Below, in pieces: positions 1-8,288 of a stretch of DNA of 18,079 nt (its first letter is position 1; every line of letters begins with the position of its first letter). Under the pieces are notes generated by a model. The model did not search any database, was not told where the DNA came from, and saw nothing but the letters and a program-made list of their open reading frames with translations. A program made the position numbers and the translations under genes. Origin of the DNA: Octopus sinensis. Taxonomy: Eukaryota. The stretch is taken from positions 1 to 18,079 of the forward strand of contig NW_021824525.1 in assembly GCF_006345805.1 (NCBI RefSeq), in the 5' to 3' direction.

Positions 1-74
1 CTCCTCTCCTCGTTCTAGCCCTTTTTACTTGCGTATAAAATGTGTCCTAATACCGTGAGGCCAACTCATTATGA

Positions 75-205
75 GTATATACATACATACATACATATAT
101 ACATACATACACACACACACATATATATATACATATATATATATACATATACATATATATATGTATATATACATACATACATACATACATACATACATAC
201 ATACA

Positions 206-239
<34 letters not shown>

Positions 240-271
240 CATACATACATACTTATGTGTGTGTGTATATG
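75..271. repeat. compound (TACA)n/(TA)n/(CA)n microsatellite
   Basis: Directly visible tandem repeats; they explain the YIHT/MYVC ORFs. Confidence 0.95.
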
Positions 272-296
272 TAGACATATATTCATACTTACACAT

Positions 297-443
297 GACG
301 GGCTTCCACACAGTTTTATATTTACTAAATTGAGTCACAAGGCATCGGTTCTACCCGGAGCTAATGGAGAAAAACATTGACAAAGGGATCGAGCCCATAG
401 CCTTGTGAGTGCAACGCGAACTTATTAACCACATAGACATACC
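297..443 (-). mobile_element. old, diverged 5' half of SINE family A
   Basis: GACGGGCTTC...TCACAAGGC...TTAACCACATAGACATACCT aligns in reverse to the head of the younger copy at 6596-6750. Confidence 0.7.
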
Positions 444-712
444 TAGTGAAAAAAAAAAAAAAAAAAGAAGAGCGGTATGAACTCGGCGCTTTTTCCGTCG
501 TTATATATAAATACATAATAACAAAACTATTAAATTACAATACCTGAAGCAGGTGTGAACTCGCACTGACATAACCTTTCACATAAAGAGGTACGTATTC
601 TATTTTTCAATCACAGACACATTGGCATACGCACGTATGAACAGAGTAAAAAATTACGAACACCAATTTACTGCTCTTTTGCCTTTCTTTTGTATCTCTC
701 TCTTTCCGAGAG

Positions 713-807
713 TGTGCATACATGTGTGTGTGTGTGTGCGTATGTGTAGTGTATATATATGTATATGCATACATAATGTTATACACACACGCACACACAC
801 ACATATC

Positions 808-847
<40 letters not shown>

Positions 848-955
848 AAGAGAGAGATACTTATATATAATACACATATATATATATTATATATATATAT
901 ATACGTGTATATATACATATGTATGTATATCTACATTAGTATTATATATAATATA
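713..955. repeat. compound (TG)/(CA)/(TA)/(GA) microsatellite
   Basis: Directly visible. Confidence 0.9.
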
Positions 956-1339
956 TTACTCTTTTACTCTTTTTACTCTTTTACTTGTTTCAGTCATTTG
1001 ACTTTGGCCATGCTGGACCACCGCCTTTTAGTCGAGCAAATCGACCCCGGGACTTATTTTTTGTAACCCTAGTACTTATTCTATCCACCTTTATTGCCGA
1101 ACCGCTAAGTTACGGGGACGTAACACAGCAGCATCTGTTGTCAAGCGACGTTGGCAAGACAAACACAGACACACAAACGTACACACACACACACACGCAT
1201 ACACACACACACACACACACACACACGTATATATATACACATATACGACGGGTTTCTTTCAGTTTCCGTCTACCAAATCCACTCACAAGGTGCCACGCAT
1301 GTGGTTGGTAAGCAAGCTACTTACCACACAGCTACGCCT
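956..1339 (-). mobile_element. SINE family A (tRNA-derived, internal microsatellite, (TAAAAGAG)n tail) with two internal deletions
   Basis: Reverse complement of the 6596-6982 copy. The tail (CTCTTTTA)n is at 956-984. Deletions of 43 bp and 21 bp fall at 1290/1291 and 1299/1300. Confidence 0.93.
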
Positions 1340-1454
1340 ATATGTATGTATATGTATATAATATATATTATATATATATATAGATATATATATATTATAT
1401 GTATGTATATATATATTATATATATATATATGTATGTATATATTATATATCTAT

Positions 1455-1510
<56 letters not shown>

Positions 1511-1522
1511 CTATATATTATA

Positions 1523-1553
<31 letters not shown>

Positions 1554-1590
1554 TGTATGTATGTATATCTATATCTATATTAGTATTATA
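1340..1590. repeat. (TA)n/(TATG)n microsatellite
   Basis: Directly visible. Confidence 0.95.
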
Positions 1591-1698
1591 CGAGGGCGAG
1601 TCAAAAGTAATGCCACTTTGTTTAGGATAGGTATAATTACCAACACCGGAACATACATCATACATCAAAATGAAGTTGGTCGTCTGTGGATCACATCC

Positions 1699-1890
1699 CT
1701 ATTTCTCAACATAGTCACCGTTTCTCTCAATAGCAATGTTCCACCATCGAATAAGAGCATGTATCCGTGTCCCGTAAAATTCTGTTAACTTTTCTTTGAG
1801 CCACTTCTTCACAACAGTTTTCACTACCTCGTCGCTGGAATAATGTTTGCCTCTCAAAGCTTCTTTCATGGGGTCGAAGAGATGATAGTC
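1699..1890 (-). pseudogene. mariner transposase C-terminal fragment
   Basis: DYHLFDPMKEALRGKHYSSDEVVKTVVKKWLKE...FY..RIHALIRWWNIAIERNGDYVEK* is the canonical mariner C-terminus that follows the YSPDLAPSDYHLF motif. Confidence 0.92.
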
Positions 1891-1905
1891 CAGTGACGGT
1901 GATAG

Positions 1906-2034
1906 TCCAGTGACGAGGAAGTGAAAACTGTTATGAAGAAGTGGCTCAAAGAACGGGGCAGGGATAGGATACATGCTCGCATTCGAAGGTGGAACATTAC
2001 AAAAGAGAGAAACGGTGGCTATGTTGAGAAGTGA
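1906..2034 (+). pseudogene. second (inverted) copy of mariner transposase C-terminus
   Basis: SSDEEVKTVMKKWLKERGRDRIHARIRRWNITKERNGGYVEK*, 4 codons shorter than the left arm. Confidence 0.88.
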
Positions 2035-2143
2035 AGACGTGATCCACAGAGGACCAGCTTCATTTTGATATATGATATATGTTTCTATGGTGGTAAGTAT
2101 ACCTGTCCTAAACAAAATGGCATTACTTTTTGACTCACCCTCG

Positions 2144-2489
<346 letters not shown>

Positions 2490-2616
2490 GGTATTTATGC
2501 CTGCTTATATATTTCTTAAAACCAACGGTCAAATGTTTCGACTAATTACCTGATTTCAGTCCATTCCAAGGTAGAGTAAGAGTATATAAAGAGACTTCCA
2601 AGAAAAAGCCCGGTTC

Positions 2617-2621
2617 ACACA

Positions 2622-2705
<84 letters not shown>

Positions 2706-2732
2706 ATACACACATACAAATACACACACATA
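2617..2732. repeat. (CA)n microsatellite
   Basis: Directly visible. Confidence 0.95.
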
Positions 2733-2784
2733 TGAATATATAAAACGTATATACAAAGTTAGAATATGTTATATGTATATATAA

Positions 2785-2823
2785 TATTGGTTTGAAATCT
2801 TGACACAAGGCCAGCAATTTCGG
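2785..2823 (-). mobile_element. short 3'-tail fragment of a family-B-like SINE
   Basis: Reverse complement CCGAAATTGCTGGCCTTGTGTCAAGATTTCAAACC resembles the tail CCAAAATTTCGGGCCTTGTGCTTAGAG at 17014-17040. Confidence 0.5.
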
Positions 2824-2825
2824 CC

Positions 2826-2913
2826 GTTTCAGGTGACTCCTTTAATTGATTAATGAAAATATTGCAAATTGATGTAATGTTTTCATTAATCAATTAAAGG
2901 AGCCGCTTGAAAC
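2826..2913. repeat. 41-bp-arm hairpin (6-nt loop)
   Basis: 2826-2866 vs reverse complement of 2873-2913: 36/41 identical. Confidence 0.95.
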
Positions 2914-3322
2914 TTATACATCTTTGTTACACATTTATATTCCGTTCACCCAACTGGGAATCTGCACTTCGGAAATACTATAGAAAGCACCTTTATAAAA
3001 TTACATATCCGAATTACTAAGCTGGGTTTCGTTGACTGCACACACGGCAGCAATATCAGGTACAAATACCACTGCACGGAGTCCTGATATTCAATTTTGA
3101 ATTAATATTGTTTGGGTGTGCGGATTATGCCGACCTAGCAAGGAGCCCCAATTCATGTATCTAATTCAACTGAATCTTAATTATATATGAATGCATATAT
3201 ATATATGTACACATGCTTATATGTATATATATGTATAATATATGTACTTATACATATATTGATGTATATATGTATAATATATGTACTTATACATATATTG
3301 ATTAATATATATATATTGATTA

Positions 3323-3353
<31 letters not shown>

Positions 3354-3378
3354 GTGTATAGAGAGAGAGAGAGAGAGA

Positions 3379-3785
3379 GATCAATAAGAAAGTGGAGGGG
3401 ATCAATGGGTGGTGCATCAACTTTTAGACATTATATTATGTCAACTTATTTATTTACTAAACTGACAATTACAAGAATATACATACATGTATAACATATA
3501 ATGCTTTACATATAAAATATGTATATAAAAGACACCAGTAATTATTAGAATATAACATACAGGAATAAAAGTTGATGAACCACCTATTGAGATTCTCCAT
3601 TTTCTTATTGCTCACTAAATTAATGGTAAAATATCTCTTTACCTTTACCCATTTAGTTCACTCGGTAATATAATTGCAATGCAATAAAAAACACTAGTGT
3701 ATTAATAATTGGGTATTCTACCAGCAGTATATTGGATAGATATTATCCCTTAGTTGGTTGGATTCACAACCTCTAACTTTCTTAG
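3379..3785. mobile_element. inverted-repeat element, Penelope-like pLTR remnant (48-bp IR at 3379-3426 / 3566-3613)
   Basis: Arms are 40/48 identical and the element runs into (TA)n at 3786. The architecture resembles 4470-5103. The PLE assignment is inference. Confidence 0.5.
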
Positions 3786-3844
<59 letters not shown>

Positions 3845-3900
3845 TGCACATACGTATGTGTATATCTGTAAATATGCATACATATGCATACACTAATAAA

Positions 3901-4237
3901 TATATGTACCTTTCTTTTGCTGGGCTCAATTTTCACTTGCAGACCCATGAAAAACGAACCTCCAATAACTACTCTGCCTATTTATCTGTGTACACTTTTC
4001 ATATTGTGTATACCATAAGATCTGCAAATCTAACGGAGGCCTCAAAAGACATTTTAAGATCCACAAAGATCAGAACTTAACTGCAGCTCTTGGTGGTCCA
4101 AATTAGATATGCAGTCTGTGTGGGTGTCTTTTCAATACGTTGTCTGCTTTAAAAAGCCACTTCAGATGCCATGATGGATCTAAGTTGTAGGTACATAAGG
4201 TAATCAGACTCTGCATAAGGAGTAGACAACCGCCATA
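3901..4237 (+). mobile_element. decayed 3' end of a LINE (probably RTE clade) ORF with three C2H2 zinc-finger remnants, short 3' UTR and (TA)n tail
   Basis: Finger remnants are YLSFAGLNFHLQTH (3907-3948), YCVYHKICKSNGGLKRHFKIH (4002-4064) and a perfect CSLCGCLFNTLSALKSHFRCH (4110-4172). There is a frameshift near 4000, an in-frame TAG at 4104, a stop at 4188-4190 and a small ACTCT..GGAGT hairpin in the UTR. Confidence 0.7.
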
Positions 4238-4238
4238 A

Positions 4239-4277
<39 letters not shown>

Positions 4278-4278
4278 A

Positions 4279-4309
<31 letters not shown>

Positions 4310-4336
4310 GTGTGTGTGTGGTGTGTGTGCGTGTGT
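4239..4336. repeat. (TA)n/(TG)n microsatellite
   Basis: Directly visible. Confidence 0.95.
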
Positions 4337-4469
4337 AGAATATAAAGGGTTTTGTACACTGGTGATCTAAACGAATAGGTACGCTGTGTAAGTGCTAGAA
4401 TTGGTCATCCGTTATGTTCACAGCTGAGGTTGGAGCTAGAGATCCGTAGTAGGGCTCCGAATTAACAGG

Positions 4470-5103
4470 TATATAATACAGGAAAAAGGACATCAAAAAC
4501 CAAGTTAGGACGAGTATCTCAAGTCATTTAAAATATTTAATTAAAGTAATGTCAATTTGAGGTAATTAATTAGTTAACTAATCAATTAACTATTGGATGT
4601 CTTACAGCTGTTTCTGGAACATCCCATGTGATAGGTTAGCATCTCCATACACTGGGTATTTCATCAGAGACAAGGAGAGTATGTATGAAAGTTCAAGACA
4701 CGGAATTCACAGTTTATAAAGGAATAAAATGGTAGATAGAAGAATACAGACAGGAGAATAACGTTCACGCCTAATCTTCTTCCAGATAGTATGGAAGTTG
4801 GTCCGTACTTCTGTGAAGGTCCTTAAGTATAATCTTAGGTAAATCCAGGCTATATTTTGGTAGTATTTCGAATGTTACGTTTATACTAAAGGAGTAGATC
4901 AAGTGGTTAGCTAACCCAGTGTATGGAGATGCTAACTTATCACTTGAGGTATCCCAGATACAGCTGCAAGACATCCAATAGTTAATTAATAAGTTAAGTT
5001 ATTAATTAATTACCTCAGATTCACCTTACTCTAATTAAATATTCTAAACGACTTGAAATACCCGTCCTGCTTTGGTTTTCGTTGTCCTTTTCCCTCTTAT
5101 ATA
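4470..5103. mobile_element. Penelope-like element remnant with ~190-bp inverted pseudo-LTRs
   Basis: 4470-4657 is the reverse complement of 4914-5103 (about 80% by eye). The right arm is truncated inside the hammerhead, and both outer ends abut TATA tracts. Confidence 0.75.
4598..4672 (-). ncRNA. type I hammerhead ribozyme motif (canonical core, imperfect stem II base)
   Basis: Minus strand reads UGUCU-CUGAUGA-[46-nt stem II]-GAAAC-AGCU-GUA-AGACA. Helix I is UGUCU/AGACA and helix III is the palindrome ACAGCUGU. Confidence 0.75.
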
Positions 5104-5162
5104 TATGTACATATATATATTTGTGTGTGTTTGTGTGTATGTGTGTGTATACATACATACAT

Positions 5163-5203
<41 letters not shown>

Positions 5204-5206
<3 letters not shown>

Positions 5207-5398
5207 GAAAGTTTACGAAAATAAACAAAAAACGAAGGCAGGTGGAGTACAAACAAACAAATGTATTAGTATAGCGCTCAGGAATTGATAAAGTCTTTTA
5301 CGTTTCGAGCCTACGCTCTTCGACAGAAAGATACACAGAAAAAACAAGGAGAGAAACAAGGAGAGAAAAAATGCGTGTAGTAGCTAACGATCTATCAT
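5204..5398 (-). mobile_element. ~190-bp dispersed repeat with hammerhead-like motif (PLE-derived/retrozyme-like)
   Basis: Full-length homology to 17050-17237 (+), with the same 5' start ATGATAGATCGTTAGC and the same 3' end at (TA)n. Confidence 0.8.
5294..5331 (-). ncRNA. minimal hammerhead-like motif with variant core CUGUCGA
   Basis: UCUUU-CUGUCGA-A-GAGC(GUAG)GCUC-GAAAC-GUA-AAAGA. Helix I and stem II are perfect; helix III is the palindromic ACGU. Confidence 0.6.
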
Positions 5399-6160
5399 GT
5401 ATGCATATATGTCTATATACATACATACATACATACATACATACATACATACATACATAACATACATACATACATGTGTGTGTGGGGGGTCTGCATGGGA
5501 TTGCAGTTCAATTAAAAGGACACGGGAAAAGAATTTGAACATGATCTGCATGAAAACGAAATAGTAAATCATGCTAAAAGATTTAAATTAATAAAAGATG
5601 GAAACTTAATTAAAATCAAATTAATAAAAAAAATAGCATGTATATAGCTCACTGGCGAGTGATCTTAATTTTACACCTCTGAAAGGCGGTCAACTAGTAT
5701 AATCTTTACATTGTTGGGAAAATCTTTTGCGGTTCTTTTGCAATGCATTTGCATTTTGATTTCAAATCCTGTACATATAGGCTTTCGAGTTTTATAAAAA
5801 TACATCCCATTCATATATTAGGTTATATTCAGTGAATATAGATTTTGTACAAATCTAAGGCCTTTTGTCGATACAATGAATCGATGACACGCTTTTCTGT
5901 TATGGCCATGTATTGAAGCAGAATTGACGCATTAAATGTTTAACCTATTTTTGTAAGTAGCTATATGGATTTATACTGAAACAGATGGTACTGAGTCATG
6001 TCAATAAAATAGCAATCCTATACAGCTCTGAATAACTGAGGCCCATTGCTCTTACGCCTAGGATTCTCGTGCTGTGTCTGTCACAATCCTCGTAGACCTC
6101 ATCTGAAATAAAGCCATCTAGCTTGTTGGCAAAGACTCAGTAGCACTCACATTTCATAAC

Positions 6161-6497
6161 CTGATGCAACAGACGTGTGGTCTCCTTACTCTGTCTTTTA
6201 ATCGTTACTACAAACGTTTCTGTTCCTTATGATCTTGTTAACGATATAACACCACAATCCTATGACATCTAGCACACTCGTTTTCTAGTGAGGTAACTCC
6301 AGATAATATTTCATCCAATGGAGCTCTTCTCGTATTTGTCGAGCTAATATTACTCGAGATCGTAATTCCCGTATATTACTGAAGGTAATACATAAATATC
6401 CCTGAAAATCAAAATTTTACCTCTAACTTACAGTCACAAGTGCATTGTCTAAATATATTTACATTCAAAGTTTCATGTGATTTAACTTTTCCTATCG
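6161..6497 (+). repeat. local direct duplication, copy 1 (empty site)
   Basis: Near-identical to 8289-8597 plus 9081-9108. Confidence 0.95.
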
Positions 6498-6595
6498 GCC
6501 CGTCCGTAACACTTTTGGTTTTGTGATACAAACTTTCTATTTTAAAGCAATCTAAATTTAATTAGTCCATCAGAATTTTACGTTAATTTACTCCC

Positions 6596-6982
6596 GGCTG
6601 TGTGGTAAGTAGCTTGCTTACCAATTACATGGTTCCAGGTTCAGTCCCACTGCGTGGCACCTTGGGCAAGTGTCTTCTACTATAGCCTCGGGCCGACCAA
6701 AGCCTTGTGAGTGGATTTTGTAGACGGAAACTGAAAGAAGCCCGTCGTATATATGTATATATATGTATGTGTGTATATGTTTGTGTGTCTGTGTTTGTCC
6801 CCCTAACATCGCTTGACAACCGATGCTGATGTGTTTACATCCCCGTAACTTAGCAGCTCGGTAAAAGAGACCGATAGAATAAGTACTAGGCTTACAAAGT
6901 CCTGGGGTCGATTTGCTCGACTAAAGGCGGTGCTCCAGCATGGCTGAAGTCAAATGACTGAAACAAGTAAAAGAGTAAAAGA
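6596..6982 (+). mobile_element. SINE family A, near full length
   Basis: A-box-like GGCTGTGTGGT, B box GGTTCAGTCCC, CORE-like CACCTTGGGCAAGTG, internal (TA)/(TG) tract and GTAAAAGAGTAAAAGA tail. Many homologues occur in the window. Confidence 0.95.
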
Positions 6983-7237
6983 ACACCAGTTTAAGTAGTG
7001 ACAAAAGAAATTTTAGTATGAGCTTCATTATCTTAAATTTTAAAGGAATCGAAGTTAGAGTAATTTCAACAGAATTATGGCAGGTAAAGAGTTTCCATGT
7101 GAATACAGAGGTTAGAAAATAATATAATTCAAAGTAAAAAAAAAAAAAAATTAGAATCTACATAAAAACATATTGATTTTAACGTTTAACTTTATTATTA
7201 GCAGAAATTACGATTTTTCTGTCACTTTTCATTCAAA

Positions 7238-7315
7238 CACACCTGTGGTATCATTCCCGCTCATAGTGTCACTCGGTGCAGTACGCACCCTGTACCTCTC
7301 CTTTTGACGCCGTTG
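7238..7315 (+). mobile_element. solo 3' end of a hAT-like MITE
   Basis: GTGTCACTCGGTGCAGTACGCACCC...TGACGCCGTTG resembles common hAT MITE ends (...TGACGCCACTG). No partner end was found. Confidence 0.35.
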
Positions 7316-7368
7316 CTTTCATTTAACTCCGTTTCAACTATGAATCTTATGTATAGGTTTGAATTAAT

Positions 7369-7408
7369 TTCTAAGATTTCTTTTCTCACCAATTCTACCT
7401 TTATACTT
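7369..7408 (+). repeat. 40-bp direct repeat (partner 8244-8283)
   Basis: TTCTAAGATTTCTTTTCTCACCAATTCTAC(C/G)TTTATACTT, 39/40 identical. Confidence 0.9.
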
Positions 7409-7790
7409 GATTTCTATTATCTGTTCTTAAAAATATTTCAAGTATTTGCTATTTTTAGTCCTCTTATGTTACTGTCTTTATTTAGTTCTTTTTGTTCAGA
7501 AAATATCGATCATATTTCTGATTAAGAACAAGGTCAGTTTTCCTAAGGAATAACTTTAGACCACTCAACACACCTCAGTGTGTTGCTCTTGAACATTTTG
7601 TGCATGGTTCTTCGGCGATTGCTGTGTTGAGCCAACTCCAACAGAATGGGAACTCCGAACGTAAAGACTACCATCAATTTGGTTGAATTTTCTATCTACC
7701 AGCAACCGCAACACAACAATAATACTGTTGAAGAGTGATGTTGACAATAACAACAATGACGTGCAAATTTATAGATAAATTAGTCTATCG

Positions 7791-7866
7791 AGGACAGAGA
7801 GAGAGAGACAGAGACAGAGAGAGAGACAGAGAGACAGAGACAGAGAGACAGAGAGACAGAGAGAGA
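7791..7866. repeat. (GA)n/(GAGACA)n microsatellite
   Basis: Directly visible. Confidence 0.9.
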
Positions 7867-8288
7867 TACGCTAGAAGATAAATGATTCATCCTAAAGATA
7901 ATATTTTGGAAACCCAGTAAGGACAGTATCAGTTTGAGGAATGGTATAATGTGTACAACCACAACACAAAAACGCACACCGTAATCCCACGCTTAGACAG
8001 ATAAGCATACACATAGAGAAATAATAATGCATACAAATCAAGTAATTTATACGCACATGCACTAAATAAACTAAGCCAACCTAGATACATAAACACGCAT
8101 ACATACACAGTGTTAAATATAGTACATATATCTTCCTACTCAAGTTAAAAATAGTACACACGCACAGACACATAGAAAAACATCTTACGGGTGCCACAAC
8201 GTGCATATATGTTATATGTACATGTTCACCAGCTCAGTACTAATTCTAAGATTTCTTTTCTCACCAATTCTACGTTTATACTTTTATA

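Larger units (their letters stand above)
1591..2143. mobile_element. non-autonomous mariner (DD34D-type) foldback element built from two transposase 3' ends
   Basis: TA|CGAGGGCGAGTCAAAAG ... CTTTTTGACTCACCCTCG|TA with a TA TSD. The arms 1591-1839 and 1906-2143 are inverted copies of each other, about 85% identical by eye. Confidence 0.92.

Noticed and set aside
25-1788. Many 60-160 aa ORFs rich in YI/HT/CV/MYVC (also at 2135-2817, 11659-12674, 13992-15286)
   Set aside because: They are translations of microsatellites and SINEs, which lack stops in several frames; there is no protein-like content.
4424-4471. CUGAGGUU-GGAGCU...GGCUCC-GAAUU hammerhead-like arrangement
   Set aside because: Two core mismatches and no helix I or III pairing.
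6618-6819. Recurrent peptides such as [36 protein letters not shown]
   Set aside because: These are antisense translations of SINE family A, not a gene family.
6482-7095. Possible old TTAA-type (piggyBac-like) MITE split by the SINE at 6596
   Set aside because: The TIRs are too degenerate and the right TTAA is missing, so it cannot be supported from this window alone.
7581-7664. CCS*TFCAWFFGDCCVE resembling a somatomedin-B cysteine motif
   Set aside because: It has an in-frame stop, cysteine spacing off by one and no clear splice sites, so it could be chance.
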